Shown one piece after another: positions 19,585 to 27,814 of a stretch of DNA of 64,000 nucleotides. The translations under genes and the position numbers were made by a program. The stretch comes from a virus. Numbering within the stretch: the first letter of the stretch is position 1; each line of letters opens with the position of its first letter. The stretch lies in the IMG/VR virus record IMGVR_UViG_3300017963_000003, positions 32,001-96,000 of that record, one strand, 5' to 3'. The notes under the pieces were generated by a model. It worked only from the letters and a program-made list of their open reading frames with translations, was not told the DNA's origin and did not search any database.

Positions 19585-20742
19585 TCAACCTATCTTCAAG
19601 TAATTGGCACCGAAATAGTCCCCTTGGGGCAGCTCCTCGGTACTCACCAGATCCGTCTCGCGGATAAAGGTGTACTCGCCTCTGTTGAAGGGCCGATCCA
19701 CGAAGTCCGCCGTCACCACAGGCACGCTACCCCGGATGGAGTGGATAAACGCCTGCTGCTCTCCGCCCTGTCGGGGTACGTTGTACTCGCCAGCCCAGGT
19801 GAATTCTCTCTTCAAGATGATCTGGAACCACTCCGGAGGGCTCAACTCGGGGTCGTCGTATGAACGCCCGAGCATCTGGAAGAACTGACGTGACATGTAA
19901 AAAGTGAAAAAATCGTACACCAGATCGGCCAAAGCCGTACGGGTGTTCAAGCTGTCCGCGACCACATCGATGTTGATGGTGAGATCGGCAGCCACGGCAT
20001 ACCTACGATACGGAGGGTTGACCTCGTAGTCGAGGTACGTGACGTACTGACCGGTCTTGTACCCCAACGCCAACAAGCAATCAGGGGTACCTCCGATGAC
20101 CTCCATAGCGTTCGGAGTTCCGTGAGCGGCAGGTCCCCCGCTGACGATCTGAAGCTGTCCGGTACCGTTCTTCTGCGCGTGAGTATACAGGACCTGGGCG
20201 TTGATGGCTTGGATGACATCGTCCACCGTAGCGCTGTGGATATCCGGGAACAGGATGTCCTCGAACAGAATCACAGTATCCACAGGATCGTTGTCCAGCC
20301 CGAGAGGCCACGTACGGATATGAAGCTCCCACCCCGGTGAGAGGTCGTAAGGACCCCCATTCTCAGCGGTCAGGCGAGGAAGAGTCTGATTCGTCACCGC
20401 GTGAACATCACCAAGACCCAACGCCTTCTCTTTGGCGTTGGCAGACGTAATCACCACCATCGGAAACTTGTCCGGAGTGTCCCCAAAGCTCATGATGAAG
20501 TTCATCACGGTCTCCATGGACTGCGTGGTGTTGTTGGTTCCCATGTGAGCGAACTTCTCGATGGCCGGGAACTCTCCGATCTTAGCCCGGATGTCATCCG
20601 AACGGTAATCGAAGAAACGACGAATCTCGGACGCGAAGGCGTCCTTGGTCGTCTCGATCAGCTGACCAAACCTGGGCGGATCGTCAGGATCGAACGGCTG
20701 CGTGGGTCGGTACTCGCGCGGCCCTGAGAAGTCATCAACCAT
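19585..20742 (-). CDS. Tail terminator / tail completion protein
   Basis: 385 aa immediately upstream of sheath; FPMVVITS...DLTINIDVVADS...ALADLV pattern of tail-terminator folds. Confidence 0.55.
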   Translation of the reverse strand: MVDDFSGPREYRPTQPFDPDDPPRFGQLIETTKDAFASEIRRFFDYRSDDIRAKIGEFPAIEKFAHMGTNNTTQSMETVMNFIMSFGDTPDKFPMVVITSANAKEKALGLGDVHAVTNQTLPRLTAENGGPYDLSPGWELHIRTWPLGLDNDPVDTVILFEDILFPDIHSATVDDVIQAINAQVLYTHAQKNGTGQLQIVSGGPAAHGTPNAMEVIGGTPDCLLALGYKTGQYVTYLDYEVNPPYRRYAVAADLTINIDVVADSLNTRTALADLVYDFFTFYMSRQFFQMLGRSYDDPELSPPEWFQIILKREFTWAGEYNVPRQGGEQQAFIHSIRGSVPVVTADFVDRPFNRGEYTFIRETDLVSTEELPQGDYFGANYLKIG

Positions 20743-21458
20743 TAGGCCCTCTCGTCCATATCCGGATCATACGTGTACGGGCGCATGTACTCGTCCCTCA
20801 GGGTATCCATGGCATCCCGCCAGTCGGACTCCTGCTGCTCCAGCGCGCGAACCCTCCGAGCCACCTCGGAGGTGTCGACCCCGAACATCTTGGCTGCGAT
20901 GTGGATCGACAGCCCCCGACCCTGATCCCGAGCAGCCATGTCCTGTAGAGCCCACGCCGCAGCGTCCTCTACAGGATCGGTAGACGCGTACTTCTCCTCC
21001 ATCTCGTTGAGATGAGTGTAGTACTTGGGGTCCTCGACCAGGTGGTCGAGGGCGATCTCCAGCGCGAGCTTGGGGTCGTCGGTGTGCTCCATCTCCACGC
21101 GAACACCCTCGAAGACCTGACACAGGCAGAAATCGCTCGGGTACATATCGTCCCCGAGACCACCGTCGAGACGATCACCTTCAGCGGCACGACGACGGAG
21201 CGCAACCTTGATCATCGAGTCCAGGTACCCAAGCACCTTCTCTGCGTTGTGCTCGTACGCCAACTCGTAGATCTCCTCAACGTCAGCCCCGGCATCCATG
21301 AGCCGGTCAACGTAGCTCACATCGTCGGACATCACAGCATCCCAGAGGTACTGGTGGTACTCCGGAGGAAGGGCGGCTTTGCGCTTCTCCATGAAAGACG
21401 CCATGCGGACTTCCGCACCCTCCAAGAAACCGCGCTTCATCAGGCTTCGAGTGAACAT
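20742..21458 (-). CDS. DUF5661-domain protein, putative internal head protein
   Basis: GVRVEMEHTDDPKLALEIALDHLVEDPKYYTHL matches the DUF5661 motif GxxVExEHTxxxxxAxEIAxDHLxExxxYY. Confidence 0.75.
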   Translation of the reverse strand: MFTRSLMKRGFLEGAEVRMASFMEKRKAALPPEYHQYLWDAVMSDDVSYVDRLMDAGADVEEIYELAYEHNAEKVLGYLDSMIKVALRRRAAEGDRLDGGLGDDMYPSDFCLCQVFEGVRVEMEHTDDPKLALEIALDHLVEDPKYYTHLNEMEEKYASTDPVEDAAAWALQDMAARDQGRGLSIHIAAKMFGVDTSEVARRVRALEQQESDWRDAMDTLRDEYMRPYTYDPDMDERA

Positions 21459-21467
21459 TCTGTCCTC

Positions 21468-22580
21468 CTACCAAACGAGACTCATGGGCTCGACCGGGTC
21501 TGCAATACGAATCTTGAACGTCTGTGACGTGATGATGTACCCAAAGGGATCGGAGTTCTTCCAGGTCGTGGTCACGTACCGGTTGCCTGCACGCGCGCCA
21601 TCGAGAACCTCGATCAGCACGTTCGGACCCTTGATCATCTCTTCCTCGCTCCCCACGGTGATCGTGGGATCGAACAAGGACAATCCGGCTGTCCAGAACT
21701 CCAACCCGTCCTCCAGCGGGATGTCACCGTACTCCTGCTTCTTGTACCCCGTCGTCGGAGGCTCTCGCATGATGAGAATCCAGGGACCCATCCTGTAGGA
21801 GCCGCCAACGTCCTCCCTGCTGAGAGCGATGGTGGCGTACCTGGCCCGGACGACCTCGAAAAAAGGCGACAGAACGTTCGCGGTATCCCTGGTCAAGGTA
21901 GCCCGGAAACGGATGTTGCCGCTGCTCGGGTTGACCGTCAGCAAGTCACAGATCGGGCTCCAGCTACCGCCAGAGTCCAGAGAGAACTCCACAACGACGT
22001 CAGAGACGCCGTCCTCGCGCACCAGAGACCAGTAGTCGGCTTCCCAGGTAGAACCCAGGACGTCACGGATAAACGGCTTGTCAGCGCTCTCGATAGTACC
22101 TGAGAGTGCATCATCTACGAGTTCGAGCTTGGCCGATTTGAAATTCTTGGACAGGCGCAGGTTCGTCAACGTCGCGTCAACGTCCATGCCGGTCATCCAG
22201 AGGGTTTCGTAGCCGAACTTGAAGAACCCAGGAACCTTTCCCACTCCGTGACAGGCAGAGCACTTCCGATCCGGTTGCTGGTTCGACTCCTTGTAGCACC
22301 CGCACTTGACGCCGTCCTCGACACCCTGCCAGAGATCAGCACGAATACTACCGGCGAGAATCTGCTCGATCAGGAGCGCCCTCTCCTTGGAGAGTTGCTG
22401 CTCACCGAAGACGTGGGAATGAATGTCGCGACCCCAGTAGCCGACGGCCATGTGTCCCAGGTCCATACAACCCGGACGCTTCGGCCCGCACACACCTTGG
22501 TCGCCGTCACCGTTGCCGTTCGAGCCGTTCCCGTTTCCGGAACCGTTGCCGTTAAGGCCACTGGGAGTACACGTGGTCAC
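21468..22580 (-). CDS. Head closure / neck protein with Zn-finger
   Basis: 370 aa with CGC...CSACHGVG motif and an N-terminal Gly-Asn repeat; lies between the neck adaptor and the tail terminator. Confidence 0.55.
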   Translation of the reverse strand: MTTCTPSGLNGNGSGNGNGSNGNGDGDQGVCGPKRPGCMDLGHMAVGYWGRDIHSHVFGEQQLSKERALLIEQILAGSIRADLWQGVEDGVKCGCYKESNQQPDRKCSACHGVGKVPGFFKFGYETLWMTGMDVDATLTNLRLSKNFKSAKLELVDDALSGTIESADKPFIRDVLGSTWEADYWSLVREDGVSDVVVEFSLDSGGSWSPICDLLTVNPSSGNIRFRATLTRDTANVLSPFFEVVRARYATIALSREDVGGSYRMGPWILIMREPPTTGYKKQEYGDIPLEDGLEFWTAGLSLFDPTITVGSEEEMIKGPNVLIEVLDGARAGNRYVTTTWKNSDPFGYIITSQTFKIRIADPVEPMSLVW

Positions 22581-22744
22581 CGTCCCTCCAAAAGCTCCTC
22601 GAACAACTCATCGAGCGGCCGACCCTGTCCGCCGTCGTACTCATCGATCAGCTTCCGCCACCGTCCATCATCGAAAAGGTTGACCGTCTTCTGGTTGTCC
22701 TTCTTGGCAGGATCGAAGAGGTCTGCTCGGATCTCTTCGGTCAT
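22577..22744 (-). CDS. Small acidic hypothetical protein, about 55 aa
   Basis: TGATG overlap with the upstream gene at 22744 and GTGA overlap downstream; GGAG SD. Confidence 0.6.
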   Translation of the reverse strand: MTEEIRADLFDPAKKDNQKTVNLFDDGRWRKLIDEYDGGQGRPLDELFEELLEGR

Positions 22745-23652
22745 CAGCTCGAACTCCACAGGTTACGGAACAAGGACCCTGGAGGTGCACTGGCCAGCAT
22801 CATCGAGAACGCCATGTCCATACGAACCTCGACACCTATGGTACCGGAGTTGATGAAGTGTCGCTTGAAGTTGGGAACACGCTCCTCCAGCTCAGCGCGG
22901 AGCTGCTGGATGTACCCCGCCAGAGGCGTGGCGTGTTGCAGAACAAAGCTGTGACCGGAATCCGAGAAGTTCGGAACGTCGGTGTCGATGGAGAACAGGA
23001 GCTGACTCGTGATTCCCTGGTAGAGCGCAGCCCGGAGTAGGATGTCCGAATGCAGCTCAATGGGGAAGTAATCGATATTGTGCCACATCGGATAGGGCTG
23101 GAAGGTGTTGATGTACGCCAACCCCAGCTTGAGGAAGAGAGCCAGCATGCCGTCGGTGTACCCGATGAAGCAGTACTTCTCTGGCAGGTTGGGCTTGACC
23201 GTCTTGTCGATGAGCAAACGAAGAGCCGGCAGCAACGACAAGGTTCTCGGCGTAACCACCTCTACAACCTGCGTACGGTATGCATCCTCGGAGGTAGCGT
23301 TCTGCCGCGAGTGCCAATTGAACAACAACGTCTGCGCCGTGTCCGTCTCGCCGTCCTCGGAACCAAACCTGAGATAGTACTTTCCCGTAGTGAGGTTCTT
23401 CAAACGCCGTTGATCGGGATCGGCCAACGGCGGGTTGTAGGCCTCGGAGTAGATGACGTTGCCGCCAACATCCGTGACCTCGACCTCCAGCTCGCCTTTG
23501 GGATCTCCAGCCGCGTCAACACCCGTCTCAATGTCAATGACGGACCCCGTGGAGTCTTGCAGCTCTATGTCTATTCGACGCACCGCATTCGTACGAACAA
23601 GCTCCGTCATGTTCGCCACGGACGGGTGCTCAGCTCCGGGCTGGATGATCAA
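22744..23652 (-). CDS. Head-tail adaptor (neck) protein
   Basis: 302 aa; Ig-like N-terminus and helical C-terminus LRLLIDK...YTDGML..FL...LAYIN, typical of gp15/gp13-like adaptors. Confidence 0.55.
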   Translation of the reverse strand: MIIQPGAEHPSVANMTELVRTNAVRRIDIELQDSTGSVIDIETGVDAAGDPKGELEVEVTDVGGNVIYSEAYNPPLADPDQRRLKNLTTGKYYLRFGSEDGETDTAQTLLFNWHSRQNATSEDAYRTQVVEVVTPRTLSLLPALRLLIDKTVKPNLPEKYCFIGYTDGMLALFLKLGLAYINTFQPYPMWHNIDYFPIELHSDILLRAALYQGITSQLLFSIDTDVPNFSDSGHSFVLQHATPLAGYIQQLRAELEERVPNFKRHFINSGTIGVEVRMDMAFSMMLASAPPGSLFRNLWSSS

Positions 23653-23653
23653 C

Positions 23654-24040
23654 CTACTCTCCTACGATCAGGACGTACACGTTCGCGTCGAGGACACCAG
23701 GATTGGTGATCTCCAACGCTGTCAAGGTCGCGCCGTTCCACATGATGAAACCGCCCTCAGCGAGGTTAAAGACCTCCGTGCCGCCATTGACCTTGTACGT
23801 GACCGCCTTGTCGGTCCCCACATAGACGAACTTGCCGTCCGCGACGGTACCGAAGTTCACCGGCTGGATACCGGCAGGCGCGATGGTGTACTCGAACACC
23901 ACCTTCTCGGCGTAAGTCACCTCAACGCCAGTGTCAGAGTCGTCAGGGGTCACTTCCGGGGTTCCGATGATGATCGGCGTGGTGGAACCGCCCGGAGAGT
24001 TCGGAAGGGTCATGCGCCCCGTCACCGCCAGAGTTGCCAT
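23654..24040 (-). CDS. Small beta-rich virion structural protein
   Basis: 128 aa, beta-strand pattern, strong SD, within the neck operon. Confidence 0.65.
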   Translation of the reverse strand: MATLAVTGRMTLPNSPGGSTTPIIIGTPEVTPDDSDTGVEVTYAEKVVFEYTIAPAGIQPVNFGTVADGKFVYVGTDKAVTYKVNGGTEVFNLAEGGFIMWNGATLTALEITNPGVLDANVYVLIVGE

Positions 24041-24052
24041 GTCGTGTCTCCT

Positions 24053-24505
24053 CTATCTCGTTTCGGCCAAACCGAAATTCAAACCCACAGCGAGCGCAGC
24101 AGCACCCACAAAACCGACACTGAACCAAAGAATGGGAGATCGATACCACTTCCGCAAAGACTCGATCTCGCTCTCGTAGTAGTCTTGCTGAGCCTCTGTC
24201 ACCGAGACCTGATCGTTGAAAGCCTTTTCCCACTTGCCGGAGATCTTCTCAGTGATCTCTATGTCACGCTTCAGCAGTAACGTGTAGTCCTCGAACTTCT
24301 CAACCTTCAGCTCCAGCTTCGATACCTTGAGACGGAGCGGAGGAAGCTCCTTGAGGTCCTTGAGCATCCGGGTCGCGCTCTCTTCGGGGAACCAGAAACC
24401 CGGATGGCCCTCGTGCTCCAGCTCGACACTCTCCACGTCCTCCGCGAGAACAACTGACGGTGTCAGCAGGGTGATGAAGACGAAGACGAGAAGGAGCAGC
24501 CTCAT
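24053..24505 (-). CDS. Secreted coiled-coil protein with C-terminal TM helix, spanin-like
   Basis: Signal peptide MRLLLLVFVFITLLTPSVVLA, coiled coil, C-terminal PILWFSVGFVGAAALAVGL; no Cys. Confidence 0.6.
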   Translation of the reverse strand: MRLLLLVFVFITLLTPSVVLAEDVESVELEHEGHPGFWFPEESATRMLKDLKELPPLRLKVSKLELKVEKFEDYTLLLKRDIEITEKISGKWEKAFNDQVSVTEAQQDYYESEIESLRKWYRSPILWFSVGFVGAAALAVGLNFGLAETR

Positions 24506-24510
24506 GGCGA

Positions 24511-24816
24511 CTAAAGACCCTTAGGGGCACCGGACGGTGTCGTGTCTATCGCAGTGAACTCTTCCACGATGCGCTCTACGGCATCCAACCGCTCAGAGGC
24601 TTCCTCGTGTTTCCCCTCATCAGCGAGCCTGTGCGCCTGGTCCCAAGCGTCCCACGCCATATCGTACCAGTACCCACCCGTATCGAGGAGCCGGTCCTCT
24701 ATCGCCGCCAGCTCCTCTTTCCAGTAGTGAAGAGAATCCCACGCCAGGTATTCTTCCTGCGCGGTCTTGCTGGCAATACGATAAAGGGAATCATCGCTGA
24801 AAGTGGTATTCCTCAT
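24511..24816 (-). CDS. Acidic hypothetical protein
   Basis: 101 aa, overlap-coupled; carries the RIASKTAQ motif. Confidence 0.65.
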   Translation of the reverse strand: MRNTTFSDDSLYRIASKTAQEEYLAWDSLHYWKEELAAIEDRLLDTGGYWYDMAWDAWDQAHRLADEGKHEEASERLDAVERIVEEFTAIDTTPSGAPKGL

Positions 24817-24817
24817 G

Positions 24818-25168
24818 CTAGTACCTCAGCTTTCTGAACTCTTCGAGCTTCTCCTTCGAAGAGAGACGGTCTACCTCGTCCCGCTCGTTCTTAATCTTCT
24901 CGTTGAGCTTCTCAATGTCTGCATCAATGGCTTTGATCTCTTCCTCTACGTCGCCCTCGCGCTCGCGAATGATGTCGCGCTTCCCTTCGAGACGCGCAAC
25001 CTCTCGCTCGGCCTTGAGCACCTTAACCTTGTGCTGCTGAATGAGGCGCTTCTTCTGATCTCGGATAATGGTCGCCCCGAAAAACGCAGCGAAAAGGAGC
25101 ACGACAGTACCCGCGATCCACTCCCAGTTACGCTTCAACCAGCGCCAAGCTTTCTTCAGCCAAGACAT
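24818..25168 (-). CDS. i-spanin-like protein (N-terminal TM helix plus coiled coil)
   Basis: WIAGTVVLLFAAFFGATII TM segment followed by a long charged heptad repeat. Confidence 0.6.
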   Translation of the reverse strand: MSWLKKAWRWLKRNWEWIAGTVVLLFAAFFGATIIRDQKKRLIQQHKVKVLKAEREVARLEGKRDIIREREGDVEEEIKAIDADIEKLNEKIKNERDEVDRLSSKEKLEEFRKLRY

Positions 25169-25950
25169 CAGCGGTTACGACCAACAGCGTCCTCTGCACC
25201 TTCAAGTCCCTCAACAATCAGTTCCAGCGCGTCCCAGTCATTCAGCATATAGTGCACAGAGTAATCCAGAAGATTCTGCGCGTAAAACAACGCTTCCGGG
25301 GCCGTCAAATTGGCCGTATGCGCGTTCCTATTGATGAATCTGGAAATATAGCTCAAGAGTTCCGTCCAGTCCAAAACCCCAGGGACTCCGCCATGCATAA
25401 GAGCGTCTACGCGATCCTCGTCCATGACAGGAGCGTCCTCCTGCGCCACTCTATCGAGAGACCTTCCACCCTTACGTTCGTGCGGTCGCTGACCGTAGAT
25501 GTCGCTCTGGCAATACGGACATTCTCCGTACTCCTCCAGCTCACCGCTCCACTCCCCGCAATACGGACACCGACGCTCCTCCTCTGACTCCTCGTGCTGG
25601 CGCTCCGCCTCTTCGAGCCAGTCACCCCACGACGAGATGAAAAAACCCTCCGCGTCCGTATACATCAGGGTAGGGACATAGGTATCTCCGGCGTTGAGAT
25701 AAAGGACCTCCTGATCCCTGAGAGGGCCGCCGCTCTCGTACGGCAGCACCTCCACGCCGAAACTCATGACGTCATTCTCGTTCAGGTATTTATCCGCCTC
25801 TTCGAGCGCCGCATGCGGAGGAAGAGCACTCTCCTCGACGATCCCCAGAGCCTCGTTCAACACACGCAACTCATCGCCATGTCCGGCGCGCTTGGGTCCG
25901 TACTGCTTGGCCAGCCGCTTCAACCCGGCATCCTTGATCGCACGTTCCAT
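25168..25950 (-). CDS. Hypothetical protein with YLNAGDTY motif and CPYC-CPYC Zn ribbon
   Basis: 260 aa, translationally coupled to the downstream gene. Confidence 0.7.
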   Translation of the reverse strand: MERAIKDAGLKRLAKQYGPKRAGHGDELRVLNEALGIVEESALPPHAALEEADKYLNENDVMSFGVEVLPYESGGPLRDQEVLYLNAGDTYVPTLMYTDAEGFFISSWGDWLEEAERQHEESEEERRCPYCGEWSGELEEYGECPYCQSDIYGQRPHERKGGRSLDRVAQEDAPVMDEDRVDALMHGGVPGVLDWTELLSYISRFINRNAHTANLTAPEALFYAQNLLDYSVHYMLNDWDALELIVEGLEGAEDAVGRNR

Positions 25951-25953
25951 GAC

Positions 25954-26274
25954 TCAACCCTCCCGAGAACCGGCCTTAGCCATCAGCTTGGCCTTGCTGG
26001 CAAACGTACGAGTAAGAGCCTTGTAGATCAGGCTCGAACACGTACCGAGCGCACCACCGATGAGCAGCTTGTCCGCGAAGGACTCCGGAGGAAGCAGTAA
26101 TCCCCCAACCATGCCCAAGAGAATCGGGATGAACGGAAGGATGCGCATCCCGACATGATGCTTGGTGAAAAACTTCTTGAAGCCCTGCTTGAACGCCTGC
26201 ACGACTCCAGCCACTACCACAGCGAGACCCACGTAAGGGCCATACTCGGTCAGAATGACGATGAACTCTTCCAC
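25954..26274 (-). CDS. Holin-like membrane protein
   Basis: 106 aa with three hydrophobic segments and a basic C-terminal tail. Confidence 0.65.
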   Translation of the reverse strand: MEEFIVILTEYGPYVGLAVVVAGVVQAFKQGFKKFFTKHHVGMRILPFIPILLGMVGGLLLPPESFADKLLIGGALGTCSSLIYKALTRTFASKAKLMAKAGSREG

Positions 26275-26283
26275 GATGTCCTC

Positions 26284-26754
26284 CTAGCCCGACTCGGAGA
26301 CGGTCTCCGACACGAAGACAACCTTGCACCGGAGGGGGGCTCCGCCGCCACAGTTGTTGTAGATGTGCAACGCACGCGCCCGGTTACCGTCCTCCCGAAC
26401 ACGCCAACCATCCCGGACTCGGTCAGCCGGGAAGATCTCCAGGTTGGTAGAACCCTGAAAAACAGTCAGCGGAAACGTAATAGTGTTCGCCGGAAGAGTA
26501 ACCGTCGACCCCTGCTGAATACCCGTCTCGTAGTTCGGGACAGCGTAAGCCTTGGCTGGTTGACCGTAGCCGCCGCCGTAGAAGGTCTTGACGATGACGT
26601 TACCCGCACCAGCCGGAGTCTTCGGACCGTCGTAGAGCGGAATGATGTCGATGGTCAGGTTCTTGATCGGCTCGCTGACAGGGGCATCCGTCACCCTGAT
26701 CTCCTGACCATCAGGGAGATCGATCTCGATCTCTCGCTGCCTGTATCTTCCCAT
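26284..26754 (-). CDS. Hypothetical virion protein
   Basis: 156 aa, first gene behind a class A promoter motif. Confidence 0.7.
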   Translation of the reverse strand: MGRYRQREIEIDLPDGQEIRVTDAPVSEPIKNLTIDIIPLYDGPKTPAGAGNVIVKTFYGGGYGQPAKAYAVPNYETGIQQGSTVTLPANTITFPLTVFQGSTNLEIFPADRVRDGWRVREDGNRARALHIYNNCGGGAPLRCKVVFVSETVSESG

Positions 26755-26793
26755 GATTCACCTCTTTAGACGTACGTGTCCTGGTGACTATAT

Positions 26794-26825
26794 ACGATAG
26801 CATAGTCGAATGTGGGGATTCTAAA
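26794..26825 (-). promoter_or_regulatory. Class A putative late promoter TTTAGAATCCC-N15-TATCGT
   Basis: Matches the recurrent bipartite motif. Confidence 0.6.
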
Positions 26826-26854
26826 ATTGAAGAGGAAGTTCTCAGAAGGAGGAG

Positions 26855-27700
26855 CTAGAAGCGCGCACCCAACTCACGCTCTGCCCACTTCTTCACCGAC
26901 GGGTAGAAACCGTGTCCGAGCAAGTACTCCAGATCTCCCCGCGTGAGCTGCTGCCCCTCGTCGAGATCCCGCAACTCGTCCAACATCGGCCCGGCCTTCA
27001 TCCGGTCCTTCTCCTCGACGTCGTCCCCCACGCTGTTGCAGATGCCCACTACACGCGCCGTGACCTTGTCCTGGGGGTCCATGGGCTCCGCCTCACGCTC
27101 CTCGGCCATCTGCTCGATGGTCTTGCGCGGCTCCGGAGAGGGCTTCGTGAAAGTGCGTCGGTTCTGGAGGTCAGACTGCTCCTGGTGAGCCATGTCGATG
27201 GCCTCCTCAGCCGAGATACCGTACTGAGCACCGAGCTTCTCGTAGTACTCCAAGTACTCCCCCTCGTCCATGAGGACGAGTACCGGCGGACGGCGGTTGA
27301 CCATCTTGCGCAGGTCCGTGGACGCCTTGATGGCGTGGAACGGAACGAGCTGCGTCAAGTTGATCGGCTTCTTCCCCTTCGGGATGAGGATCGACTCGGT
27401 GCGACCCACGATAAGCTCGAACTGGAGCGACACCTGAGTGTTACTGCGGTTCTGCACGTAGACGTCGCGCTCCTCACGGAAGTACTCCGTGAAGTTGGTG
27501 ATGATCGGAACCCTGTTACCTTGACCGTTCATGACAACCTCCCTGGGATCTCTCGCCAGTTTGATGATGAAAGGCTCTCGCTTCACCACGACAGCCTTCC
27601 CCTTCTTGACCAGTTTTCTCGCCCTGGCGGGATGGGTGTACGACAGGACGGACCCGGACGTGTCCAAAACCGGGACCCGCGAACCTGTCGTACGTACCAT
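26855..27700 (-). CDS. Protein with N-terminal PLMP/RRXRR-type domain fused to an uncharacterised capsid-associated protein
   Basis: VPVLDTSGSVLSYTHPARARKLVKKGKAVVVKREPFIIKL matches the IscB/RRXRR N-terminal consensus. A second in-frame ATG at 27532 has its own GGGAGG SD. Confidence 0.75.
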   Translation of the reverse strand: MVRTTGSRVPVLDTSGSVLSYTHPARARKLVKKGKAVVVKREPFIIKLARDPREVVMNGQGNRVPIITNFTEYFREERDVYVQNRSNTQVSLQFELIVGRTESILIPKGKKPINLTQLVPFHAIKASTDLRKMVNRRPPVLVLMDEGEYLEYYEKLGAQYGISAEEAIDMAHQEQSDLQNRRTFTKPSPEPRKTIEQMAEEREAEPMDPQDKVTARVVGICNSVGDDVEEKDRMKAGPMLDELRDLDEGQQLTRGDLEYLLGHGFYPSVKKWAERELGARF

Positions 27701-27702
27701 CA

Positions 27703-27811
27703 GTGACCTTCAGGTGTGCCAGGGTGTTACCCTACCTCCCGCCGAAGCGGGGTTCATCGGATTAGGCGGCGGCGCGCGATGCGCCGCCGCCTGCACCTGC
27801 TTCCACGTCAC
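27703..27811 (-). ncRNA. Candidate structured RNA element between the capsid gene and the PLMP-domain gene
   Basis: Perfect 12-bp stem 27764-27792, cUUCGg hairpin 27738-27751, 5-bp hairpin 27721-27733, closing stems 27711-16/27794-99 and 27703-07/27807-11. Confidence 0.5.
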
Positions 27812-27814
27812 GCG

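Noticed and set aside
27764-27792. Intrinsic terminator after the capsid gene
   Set aside because: The stem is perfect but no U-tract follows on the transcribed strand, so it is kept as part of a structured element instead.
26855-27811. Complete IscB / IS200-IS605 element
   Set aside because: Only the N-terminal PLMP-type domain is present. There is no RuvC, HNH or TnpA, and the upstream gap is only about 115 nt.
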